From positions 5,380-69,379 of the forward strand of contig JAHLWZ010000564.1 of NCBI GenBank assembly GCA_020536535.1: DNA of 64,000 nucleotides, read 5' to 3'. The position numbers and the translations under genes were made by a program. Below are positions 1 through 12,343 of this stretch, piece by piece. Source of the stretch: Pelomyxa schiedti. Taxonomy: Eukaryota > Protista > Evosea. The notes below the pieces were generated by a model. The model saw nothing but the letters and a program-made list of their open reading frames with translations. It searched no databases and was not told the DNA's origin. The number at the start of each line of letters is the position of its first letter. Positions within the stretch are counted from its first letter, which is position 1.

Positions 1-287
1 AAGTGTGTGTTCCTCTACAACCAGATCCAACTGTACCACAAGTCCCACAACCAACCACAGACAGCTATTTCCTCAACCCCAACAAACACACCCTAGACCT
101 TTTTGAAAAAAAAAAAAACCATTTTTGGTGGATTTCCTGATACTAGGAGGGAGGAGAAGACCCATACTCGGTCACACCGATACAAGTGTGTTTGCCTGCA
201 ACACACATAGAAGAAAATTCACCTGCAGGAAACACTGTTCTGAACGTCTGGGGAAAAAAAACAAGAAGAATTCCATCACAACAAACA

Positions 288-3200
288 ATGTCGACCACGA
301 GCGGGAGCAGCCACGACCACGAAGACGATGACGAGAAGGGCGGAGCAACGGCAGCAGCAGCAGCAACGCACGACAACGATGACGACGATGGTGATGAGAA
401 GGAGGAGGAGGACTCAGAGTCTGAGGAGGGGGAGGACAGTGAGATGCGGGCAGGGGTGCCGCGCGACACGTCGGCGATCGATAGGGCCGAGGTCAAGGTG
501 GGTCCTGTGTGCTTGTGGTGGTGATTCTCACTTGGGAATTCCGGGGGTTTTGTTGCTTTTGCTTTTGCTTTTGCTTTTGCTGTTGCTGTTGCTGTTGTTG
601 GTTCTTCCCCTTGTTTGTTTATTGATTGTGGGATGGATTAGGTTAGGGCCAATCAGTATGACTATGGGGCGCATGTGGAGTACATCAAGGCACTCAAGGA
701 GTACTCTAATGACTGGGAGGCCCTCACTAATGCTAGGAATGCTTTCTCTGCCTTATTCCCTCTTACTGCTGGTATGTACTGCTCGCATGGTCACTTTCCC
801 CCATGCTGACACATGTGGGAAGACATGTGGTTGGAATGGATAAATGACGAAGAGAGAATAGCTTCACCAGAAGAACATCCACGTATTGAAACCTTATACA
901 GGTACATGGTTTTACAGGTTCTTGGCTTACTAACAAATTCAGACGTGCTCTAAGTGATTACCTATGTATAGTGATATGCCTATGACTTCACCTTACTTAT
1001 TCCAGCGGTACCTGTTGCTGTGCGTTTCTGCAAATTTGCTGCTAAGAACTATGACTACGCCAAAGCGAGGGATATTTTTGAGTTTGCATTATCTCTGGTT
1101 TTTTTTTTTTTTTTGCCAGTTAGTATTACCACCTAGTAACCTTACTACTAGCTTGGATTGCATGTCATGGAAGCTGGCAAATTGTGGAAAACGTACATCC
1201 GATTTGAAAAAAGTAGCATCGAAGCTGCCAAAGAGGAACCCCAGAAGGACACATGTAATTTGCAAAAGCAAGGACTAGACAAAATATCCAAACTCTATCA
1301 ACGGCAACTCAGTGTCCCTCTTATAGGTATCCATAAGCTATATATATAGATTTTATGTGATCCTCTTTAGGAATGGACGATGTATTAATTAAGTACCTCA
1401 AGTGGGCTGAAAAGTATCACGTTGATATCCCCACCACTTTTCAGCGATCGTATGAAAAGGCCCTTGAGTCCCTAAAGATTAGATTGGTCCGTGAAGAAAA
1501 AATTAGTGGTAAGGAATTTGATTAGGGTACGCATGGAGTTTAAACTTTGTGCTAAGATTCGGGAACTACAAGCAATCCTGACTACACTAAACTTGATGAT
1601 TGGAAGAAGTATATTTCTTTTGAAGAAAAGGAAAATCAACCCCAGAGAGTGATAATGGTTAGTTTTTAATGTATGGTACAATATTTGACAATCCAAACCT
1701 AGCTGTATGAGCGTGCCCTTTCAATATATGTACTTGTTTCAGAACTCTGGTTATCGTATGGCGCATTCACTGAACGCACATTCACAAGCACTTCTATTCC
1801 CTCTGCCGTTTTCTCCCGAGGCACCCGGAACTGTCCCAGTTGTGGAGGGGTTTGGGCAGGTACTCTACGATGCCAGGTACTTTTTTTCTACCTTTGTATA
1901 TAACCAAACAATTTCAGGAAAAATCAAAGAAAAGCCTTGAAGATGTGGAGACAACCCTCAAGCAAGCACTGCTGGCTGGGTTAGCCAGCCATTTGGAGTT
2001 CTTATGTGTCTTGAATCAATACCTTGATATATATCGAAGAGCATTAAATGGTACCTGCCCTTTCTCCTTTGTGAGAGTTGAGCATTTTCCATTTCAGGAA
2101 CAGCGCAGTCATTCCAAAACTTCCGCTCGGCATGTGACAAAGCTGCCTCCGTTATGAACCAATGTAAGTGAATCCTTTGATTTCGCGGTTCCTCATTGAA
2201 TCAGATTATCCTTCTCAGGGGTATGACGCAGACATACTACGGTTTTGGGCCAAGATTGAGGTAAGATGAATGGAAATAAGTTTTTCAGCAACCCCTCTTA
2301 ACGATCTTCTTTAGGCCCACCACTTCAACAATATTGAGAGGTGCCGAGAACTTTGGGAATCTATTATAAAGTACCACTCTGATGAGACCACATTTTGGCT
2401 GGAATATGCGTCTCTCGAGAGGTACCTCAGTGCAATAGGCCATGTCTTACTTTCATTCAGGAAGTTTGATGAATCTAAAACACGAAATATTTATAAGCGT
2501 GGGGCTCAGGCAGTTCACACTTTCCCTGAGCCATTGCTCTCTGCTTGGCTGGAATTTGAAAGAGAGTGCGGCACCCTGGAGATGTGGACTCATGCAAAAC
2601 TTACCTATGACACAGTGCGTTGTATAATTCATACTTTCATTGATAATCAAAATGCAGAAAATGAAACAATTTCTCACTCAGCAACGGAAAGAACAGAAGA
2701 AGCTTGAAAAAGTTGCTGCAAAAGAAGCTGCCAAAGAACAAAAGAAACAAGATAGAAGGAATAAACGACGTCCTCAGTCCCTTCAGAAAGCTTCCAAGGG
2801 TGAAGATGACGAAATGGCTGAAATCCCACAAAGTAAAAGACCTCGAACAGATCCCAAGACTGAAGAAGAAAAGTATGTGACATTACACAGTTATTTTCCT
2901 GACAGTCACCAAAATAGAAATTCCCATAAAATTTTCGTTTCAAACCTCAGATTTTCGATCACAGAAGAGGATTTAGAGAAACTCTTTTCCAAAGTTTACG
3001 CATGGGTCTCTTTTTTGTTCTAACATCTGATTCTTAGTACGGCACTGTTGTTACTATCAGACATAATGCTGCAAGGGGCTTTGCGTTCATTGAATATGAA
3101 AATACGGTATCAAAACTCAATATAATTCCTTTTTCACTTGTCCAGAAATCAGCTGATGCCGCCACGGAACTTGATGGACAAGTTGTTGGAGGCAGGAAAC

Positions 3201-4374
3201 TGAATGTAAAGCACGCTGAAGCTAATCCTACTCGCCTAACTAAGCATGATGACCTATCAGCAATAAAGACAACTCCAACAGATGAAAGCCATGTTCCTGT
3301 GAGTACTGAGGCAAAAAAACCAGAGGAACCAACAGCAACCACACAGACACCCGCAGCTCCATCCGACAAACCAGTTACAACAACAAAGTACTCGGCAAAT
3401 AGTGAGGCACAGACAGCATCATCAACCAAACCGGCAGAAGAACCCAACCCTGAACCTAAAATGCGCCAGCGCCGCATGCCCCCAAGATTTGTGGCTGCTG
3501 GGACACATGTAGATGAGAAAGGAATGGATGAGGACAAGGACAGAGACACATCAAGTGACATATCAAGTTCGCGAAGAGGTCTTGGATTCAGTGGCAGAGG
3601 CATGGGAAGAGGGAGAGGCAGACCTCCCGCAGAAGCTGAACAAGAAGCCCAAAGAACACCAGGCCAAGGGAGAGGTAGGGGATTCTTTGGTGCAGGGAGG
3701 AGAGTTGAATACAGTGCTGAACGTGAGTCACGCACACTCTTTGTCACATACTTGGATTATAAAGCTGATGAAATGACTGTCAAAACTCATTTTGCTGAGG
3801 TAAATGCCAGAAGCATTCCTTCATCAAACTGACATATTTCAGACATGTGGAGAGGATAAAATTGTTGAAGCCCGAGTTGTTCGGGATCCCGTTGGCCGCT
3901 CCAAAGGCTTCGCCTATGTAGAGTTCGTGAATGTGGTATGAATTCCATAACAAAATAATCATTACGGTCCGCTTACAACTTGAAGGAGGCGGCTCAGGAA
4001 GGACTCGCTCTAGACAAGACTATGATTCTGTCAAGACCGGTTAGTTTATTTCCGCACCATAACTGTGAACATAAATGATTTACAACAGATATGCGTTCGT
4101 TGGTCAAGACCGCGACCTTCTCAACAGCACACTACCGCTACCGTAAATTCCATGGATGATTCTGAACCTGCATCCGGAACTGCCGAGACTGAATCCAAAA
4201 AGTACAATAGCCACCACTCTCAAAATACCAAACACACAATTCTCAAACACCATTAGGCCGCTTATGATTCCAAGAGCACTTGCACTGAAGAAAATGCATA
4301 CATCAGCAACAACACCCCCAAAAGGTACAACAGTAACAACAGACCCACCAAGCAAATCCTCAGGAGATTCATGA
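288..4374 (+). CDS. SART3: SART3/Prp24-like U4/U6 snRNP recycling factor (HAT repeats + 2 RRMs), multi-exon
   Basis: Exon translations give HAT-repeat text (KLWKTYIRFEK, LYQRQLSVPL, LYERAL, ELWLSY, IWLEY). Two RRMs follow (KIFVSNLRFSITEEDLEKLFSK..KGFAFIEY; RTLFVTYL..GRSKGFAYVEF), then a C-terminal LMIPRAL segment as in SART3. Introns are ~40-nt GT-AG. Confidence 0.85.
548..600. repeat. (TTGCTT)n/(TTGCTG)n microsatellite in the first intron of SART3
   Basis: Tandem hexamers visible directly. Confidence 0.8.
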
Positions 4375-5055
4375 AGCCACTTCTGTGATGGAAATTTAAA
4401 ATAAAAACCCAAAGTCCAACTGACTAATAAAGTAGTCACATTACCACTGACACTGACACAAAACAAAGAAAACAAACAACAACTTCCCACAAGAACACAA
4501 GTACAATGTGGTATGTAGCTTCTTGGGTTCTCCACAGATTAGATGCCGCAGCACCAATAGGCTGTCCACATCGAAGAAAACGATGGCTGTGGTGTGGTGG
4601 TTGTGCTTGTAGTGCTCTCTCCAGACTTGAGCATACATGTACTTATTGATGGTCATGTCTGGAGAGATCACACAGCAACGTTGGGAAACACACAACAGCT
4701 CCATGGATTACCTAAACTACCAACCTTTGATGGGCACACCAATCCTCAAAGGTGGTGGGAGACTGCATTGAACCACTGCTGGATCCGAGTAATAAAGTAA
4801 CCACCTCCAAACATCAACCACAACGAAGACAACCACGACACCACAGCCACAAATGGCGACATTTCTCCAAAAGTGTGGCTAATCCATCCACTCACTGAGA
4901 GAGTACTCCCTGGTGGGAAAAACCTGTGACAAGACCAAGGAGACTCTCTAATTCCCTCAGTCTCGCCCAATGAAAGTTGATCGTGATTGCTTTTCGGTGG
5001 AATTACTTAGCCGAACCAGAGGCGTAAAAAAGGTACACCACACGACGAGGGAGGA

Positions 5056-8000
5056 ATGGGAGACAGCGTGTCGCGCAAGATGATGAACGCGGAGACGGAG
5101 GACGAGGCGACCGTGAAACGAGCACTCGCCGACTGCATCAAAGAATCATCTCGTTTGTTTACCGAACTCGTGCGTCTGCTCTGCGTCTCCTCCCACTTTT
5201 CCTTTTTTTTTCTCCTCTCGAGGAGTCGTACAACTATGGTTAAAAAAAAAAAAAAAACCCAAAACTATGGTTAATGGATGATAAAATGATAGGAGGAGTC
5301 ATCAAAGAGGTGGTACTATAGCTCGGCTCCGGCCAGCACAATAAAAACTCCTGTTGATGTCTCCGATGCATTATGCAAGAGCGAGCCTGTTCAGGTGTTG
5401 GTGAAGCTACTGTGCACGCCGGCAACAAGCACCACCGCTACAACAGAGGCAAGTGGGAAGGGTGGTGTTATTGGGGGCGATCAACTGTCACAGTTGGTTA
5501 CTATGCTCTCTGATACTCTGGCTTCTGAGGATTCTGCGAAGAGGCGGTCGGGGACTGCTGTATTCGCGTCTGTGCTGGAAGTGGCACTATCTCACAGCAG
5601 ACTACTTGAGACTTCTGTGAGTCCTGTGGTTTCCTTCTTCTGTGACAGGTGCTCTTTTTTTTTTTTTTTTTGTTTCCAACAAAAGACCCCACCCACTCAC
5701 AAAAATTGTAGGATTGCAGATAAGGACTGCTTATTTCAAGTTGTACGAGGTTTGGATGCTGTACTGGCAGTGCAGGATGTCTCTGCTCTCTATGATGATA
5801 ACGAGGACACAACAAAAAGATGCACTGTAGTGGCAAGGATTTGCCGCGAGCTGTTCATTGTTGACGTTGCAGCCTTGAATCCATCTCTTAGACTCATTAT
5901 ATTGCGGATCCTTGAGCTTCTGTGGGACAAGTATGTTTTTTACTCTGCGGTTACCTCCTCAATACTTTCAGGTACATTGCCAAAGGAACAGTAAATGACA
6001 TCACATTAGAAGAATATGGAAAGGGTCTTGCCCGCGTAACAACTGGAGAACGAGAACCAAAATCAATTCTCACAATGTTCAGAATATTCAAGGAAATATT
6101 GAGCAAGGCACCAGTGCCGGCGCCGTCAGCAACCGCTCCAAATGCCCCAAGCCCTCTACATAAAGAATTATTTGAGGCTACATCCTGCTACTTCCCGATA
6201 CTGTTTGTGCCACGAGCTACTGATCCTGGAGCAATTAAAAAACCTGAGCTGAGTGCTGCATTACGAGCCACTTTGGCCGCAAATATTCCTTCATCAGAGG
6301 CATGCCTCAAATTGATGATTGACAAATTGAGCTCTTCAATGGAAGTTGTCAGAGGTGATGCTTGTGATGCTCTTGTGGACTGTTGCAGTTCTTTTGGTCC
6401 ACAGTCTGTCAAGCCACATATGGAGGGAATATGGGGTGGCCTACGTGACAATGTAGTTGTAAGTGAGGATGCCGAGTTACGCAGCAAAGGCAGTCTTGCC
6501 CTGAGTTCTATAATGAGTGTTTTTGAGGATGATACTGCAGTACTTAAAGAGCTTCTAGTTCCTATTGCACAGGTTCTGAAGTGATCTATTTACTTCTGAA
6601 TAAGACTCATTCCTTTTCTTACAGGACTTAACCAGGCTTATCTGTTCTACTGGAACAGACGAGCAATTGGCACTTAATGCCTGCCAAATGTATTCACATC
6701 TCGCTCGATCGAGTAGACAAACCCGTGTTCTGTTGCTAGAGCTTACAGCACAACAATTGTGTGACGCATTCAAAGGCTTCTCGTCAAGTGCAACCACCTC
6801 CACTGATACTACAACCCCAACTGAGCCCGCAATCAAGCCCGTTCCTAAACTTCCTCCTCATACTATTATCAAAGTGCTGGCTGAAGTTTGTCAAGCATGT
6901 GAAGGCCTCTCCCCAGCCATACTTCATCCCTTTGCTTTACCATTCTACCTCTTATTCACTCAGTCTCTCGAGCTTCCTTCGGAAATACATAAACAGCATG
7001 CAGTAATGGGCTTAGGAGTTTTGGTGGGCCTTTACAGCAAACCAGCAATGCCTATAACTATACCACTCATTGAAGACGAAGACGAGGAGGAACAAAGCTG
7101 CAGCTGTGAGGGATGCAGTGCAAAGTCGACATGCAATGGACATTGTAGCCATGCAATGGCTGAAACTGCCTCTGCATCACCAGTACAAGCACCAGCTCCA
7201 ACCAAAAACAAAAAGAACAAGGGAGGGAAGAAGAAGAACAAAAAAAATAAGAGCAAGCCAAAAAAGCCTGCACACCCACAGGCCACACAATCCACTCCAG
7301 AAGTGACTCCCACAGCAACTAGCACAACCACAAGTGCGGCAAAGGAATCAACTCCAGACGTACTTATGGAAGAACTCTATCAAAAAGTTCCTCCCCCTCC
7401 ACTAAACAGAGAGCAGTGCGTGGAAGCAGTAAAGAAAATTGCTGCCTTCCTCTTACCACAGGCACAAATCAACAGCAAGACCGCGGCAACTTTTGTTGAG
7501 GTTTTGTCTGGTATTTCTCGTCGTGATCCAACAGTCATTATTGAGCAAGTGATACCAATACTTTTCACGTCTTCCTCTGCCTCAACTCTTTCCTACATGG
7601 CTTCGTTATCTTCTTCCCATCCTACAGTGTTTAAAGTTGTTGCAGATGAACTATGTGCCCGTTTGTGTGACAATCCAGCCCGAAACAATCAAGTTATTGT
7701 GATTGGGAGCAGCACTCCTTCCACAACAACATCGTCAACAGCAACTACACCTAGTATCAGTGTTGATGAAGAAGTCAAGTTGTTGGACACCCTTGTGCAA
7801 GTAATTAAGGACTCTGTGAACAACGAAGAAGCTGTCATATACAATACCTACTCTATACTCCCAAAACTTGTTACCAGAGCGTTTGAGTGGGTGTGCGTAA
7901 ACGATGCATCACAAGTAGATATGAGAAGGCACATGGTCTATGGTGTTGCTATTATGTTGCAGCGTGTAACTTTCTCTATGCCTTTCCATATTCAACTCCC

Positions 8001-9180
8001 TCTTATTCTTACAACAACGGCCCTTTTCTTATCTGGTGGCCAATCCATGTTTATGCAACAAACACCGTTTTCCCCCACCATCTTTGACCCCAATGCTACA
8101 ACAGTCCCCAAAGAGCACTATTCCCTCTCTAAGCTATTCACGGCAGTTGTAGGTTCAACTGACCCAAGTAATATCCAGCTCTTATCATCAGCTGTACCCG
8201 TGTTGTACGAATGTGCACTAAAGCCTCTCACCCCAGCGCAGTCAACTGAGGCCACAGTTGAGGCGGCCAAATGTTACGCAGCCATTCTTAATAAGCAGCT
8301 CCCCACAGCCACTTCCCCAATGATGTTGGAGCCCGAGGCCATTACTACGCTCCTTACAACCCTCTCATCCTCACCACAAAAATACGGGTCTGTGATGCTA
8401 CTCGGCTGGGTATGCAAGGCTCTGTGCTTATGTTGGTATGCACCCTATGCCCAGACAGCCCTATCCGCTCTCTGTGATATGTGTAGTCTCGAAGCAACCG
8501 GAGCATCTCCCGATACTCCTCGCTGGGCAGCAGAAGCCTTGCGAATTGTTGCCGAACCATGCGACGACGCACTGGGAACACATACAAACGCCAATGTAAC
8601 GCCTAGCTCTGGAGAGAATGTATTCCTGCACGTATTTGAGAGGTTCGTCAGCCAAAACACCGGCGCCGAAGTCCCGGTGCTTAACAACAACCAGCTCTCC
8701 GCACTTGCCTACGTTGTAAGCTCCGCACCGGCACCGCTTCTGGAGAAACACGCCGAGAAGCTCCTGCAGCTCGGCATATTCTCCAAGATGGTTGGCTCAC
8801 AAAACGACTCGCTGTGCAAGATGGGCCTCCAATCACTGAGGGCACTTATATCCGCCAAATCGTGCCACGCCACACTAGCCAAGAGCCTGCGGCCTATGTT
8901 TACCTCCATTGCCGCCGTTGCATGTTCCAAAGTACTAGTAACCGGAGCCGGAACCGGAACAAGTTCCGCGGAATCCGGAAGCAACACCTGGGTTGCACCG
9001 GTTCAAGTGCGAGTGGCCGCGCTCCAGGTTCTGAGTGACATGAGCCTGAAGATGGAGCCGTGCCACACACTCCCGTTCAAAGCGGAGGTTGCTGCCCTAG
9101 TCACTCACGTTCTAGACGATCCCAAGAGGGTTGTTCGCCACGAGGCCCGCCAATGCCGCAACGCCTGGCTTGTTATGTAG
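5056..9180 (+). CDS. MMS19: MMS19 (CIA Fe-S targeting complex HEAT scaffold)
   Basis: N-terminal domain motifs GEREPKSIL and FEATSCYFPILF.P...DP..I; C-terminal signature LDDPKRVVRHEARQCRNAW. Confidence 0.9.
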
Positions 9181-9471
9181 ACCCCATTCCGAGTATGTTA
9201 CAAAACCTACTACCTAATGTTATTATATATATTCCTCCTTCCTCACACAGTACCAGGTTACATTGTGACTACAAATATTTGAATTACTGGGAATCTCCGG
9301 CTTTAATTTCCGGAAACACCAGGCACTAGGGTTCTCTTTTATACACGAGTTTTATTCACCACACATGATTCTTTGCTCAAGCAAAGAACGGGTAAATTAA
9401 TAGCTGCTCCGTTTTTTGGGTATTCATTGTTTTTGTTTTATTTTTTTTTAAAGTCACAAACACAAAATTAA

Positions 9472-12206
9472 TCAGAGGTGGTGTGGTGCCTCTTGTTGAT
9501 GAATTTGTGGAGGTGGTTGTGGTTGATGGTGAGCGCGTTGCCGCTGACGCTGGAGGAGGTACTTACGCAGCATAAAGAGGAGTGCCAGAAGGCCAAATAG
9601 GAACAACAGCAGAGCGTTGTCATGCTCGAGTATGGCCTGCTGTATGTTTTCTAGTATGCCGCTTGACTCTAGCTGTATCAACACCGCTAGGATGGCGGGA
9701 AGTATTACTGGCGTGAGAGAAGGTGTGCCTACTAGGGAGAGGTCGTAGTACCTAATGCGTTGTTATTATTGTTGGGTGATGGGGTGCGGGTTGGAAATTA
9801 TTGTACCGCTTGGCGAGAGGTAAGTCCTTGGGGAGACCAACCCCAAACTATGAAAGGAGTTATGCACTGTTGAGAGTTAAGAGATGATTACATGGTGCAT
9901 CCATCCAACGTAAAACAGAGCTTCTGGATTTCCTGCCTCAGCAGCGGCTTTGTACCAGGTAGAAGCGGTCTGATGACTTTCATTGACACCCTTTCCGTAG
10001 TAGTAGTAGTCACCAATCCGCACAAGGGAGTCCCCATGGAAGGAGGCACCGCCAACTCTAAGTACGTTTTCAGGTTGACCAGTACTCGTGTGCTGTTCCG
10101 CACTCATTAGAAGATATCGGAGGGCCTAATTCGGGTTAAATAAAAACAAAACAAAAAAACTAAGCAACACTGTATCGATGTTTACCTTGGTGTAGTCATG
10201 ATATCGGTGTTCATATATCCAGGCAGCATTGCTCTGTGCCACCTCATACCCCATTTCAGCAGCAAGTTCGTATCGCGCAAGTGCTCTGTCAAAGTAATTT
10301 TCACCTTGCTTCACTTAATTGTTGGGTTTACAAAGTTCAGTAGAACCTTCCAATGAAAAGTCTTCGGCATCCCATAAAATTGCATCTCCCCATATACCAG
10401 TTTGAGCAACTTTCTTATACAGCTTGAAGACATCACTGAAGTCATAAAGATAGTCTTTACTTACAATTGCGGCAAGAGAGCATGCTCCAGGTGATGAAAC
10501 ATAGACGTCAGCCAGAGCCTGCAAAGCCGTGGGCAGACCAGCAGTCATGGCTGCAGCGTAATAGGAAACAGCCTTGTTTGTGTCTTCATCGACAAGTATC
10601 CCCTCTGTCCGGTGTTGGAACAAAAAGTCTGTGAATTGTAGGATACCCTCAATCAGGTTGCCCATATGAACCATAGCATGAGGAGAACCACTTTCTGCGG
10701 CTCGTTGTAAGTACTCTACTCCTTTCTGTCGGTTTTGTTGAACTTGAATAGCGGTAAGATCCGTGAGAGATTCTACAAAAAGAATCAAGTTAGGCACACA
10801 TTCTTGTGAAGGTGAATGCAACCAGAGATGGGGGATCCAGAAGGAGTAACTAAGCCTTTCAAATGCAACATTCCAAGTCGATTAAGTGCACTTGGGTCCC
10901 CTCCAGAAGCAGCCATCTGATAAAGTTGAATAGCCAGAGACAAATTCTTTGGTCTGCCAAGGCCTTCTTCATGGAGGCGACCCAAGCCCTGCAGGCCTCC
11001 AGGATCTCCCAAGTCGGCAGCCTAAGTAAAATTTCCTTTTTTAAAAATTGAAATACGGGACAGTGACATACCTCTCTGAAAAGTCGATATGCCTTTTCAT
11101 AATCTCTGTCCAGGCCATAACCCCCTTCCATAAAGAGATTTCCTAGAGTAACCTAAGGAGGATTAATTCGCTGGTGGTTGCAGTGAGGCGATACCAGTGC
11201 CTCAACCTCACCAGTGTCGGCAAGGAATGAGTAGTAGTTAATTATGTCACGTTCTGAGGTAAGATCGGAATCCCCCCAATCCAATTCTTCACTCAATCTT
11301 GTGTACTTGGACTGTGGGAGAACAAGAGCGTCTTCCATTTCAATTCCGTACACAACTGGGAAATGTCGATCTCAGGGTGAAGTTTGGTAACGAACCTTGT
11401 GTAGAAAGCTTTCTGAACATATGGACGTAAGTGGAGCACATAGGAGGTAAATTCCTGCGATACATGTGTCTGTAGCATGTTACGCAAAGAAGTACTGCAA
11501 CTGCGACCGACCTGTAACCCAAAGCCATAAGGCCAATAGGATCGTCCCCTTGAGCCGCAAAGGAGTAATGGAGCACAGCCTTTTTCTATGTGAGATGAGA
11601 ATAAGAAAGATGCTGTGGGGACCATTGTTTGGTCTTCAGTAACTCCCCTGCCAGTTGCATACATAAACCCTAACAGTGCGTGTGCCATAGGGTTGCCTTT
11701 TTGCGCTGCTTCTTGAGCGTATCTAAAGGCCATTTCATTATCGATTTCCACGTCAATACCACCAAGCTGTGTGGCATTAGTAAGAGTAGTCCACAAGAAC
11801 GAGAATTTACGAGATAAAGGGCAGCCAGATACGTTGTAGCAGTATCGTTAGAATTGTTATTGCTGTACTGGTCTCTCAACTCATCCGCCACAGTACCAAG
11901 CCAATCTTGGTGTTTTTTCTTGTGCGTGACTAAGAACACAGACAAAGAAACTACAAAATATAAAGACACATATCGCGCACCATTTGGTTCAACATAAATG
12001 TGTTCTCCTCTTCCCTTTCAACAGCTCTTACAGTCGAAGATTCCCACTCCCCTACACTGAAAATTAACATAATACTTACTAAAAAAAAACAGGTTATGAA
12101 AAACAAGTGTGCCCTACCGTCGTCAACAAAAGCGCAGTCTATTAATCCAAGCAACAAGGTGACCGCAACCAATGCGACACAACAACCGACTCTTCTCTTC
12201 CTCCAT
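9472..12206 (-). CDS. Sel1-repeat type I membrane protein, SEL1L/Hrd3-like (ERAD); start approximate
   Basis: Multiple Sel1 repeats (AHALLGFMYATGRGV, ALNRLGMLHLKG, AAEMGYEVAQSNAAWIY, RIGDYYYYGKGV, HFGVGLPKDLPLAKRYYD). Hydrophobic N-terminal segment and a C-terminal TM segment (ALLLFLFGLLALLFML). Confidence 0.8.
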
Positions 12207-12343
12207 TGCCTTTGTGTCTGTCGTTAAACAGAAGAAAAAAAGATCTAGGTGTCACGCACCACCCCATTCACGTAGAAAGTAAATAACGAAAAAAAAAGGC
12301 TGCTGATGATCCTTTTCTGAATGATTTCGTTTTTGTCGAGTCA

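Noticed and set aside
4616-4667. 11-bp inverted repeat TCTCTCCAGAC/GTCTGGAGAGA, a possible pre-miRNA-like hairpin
   Set aside because: A single short stem with no other support; compatible with chance or with a decayed minus-strand gene fragment at 4441-4970.
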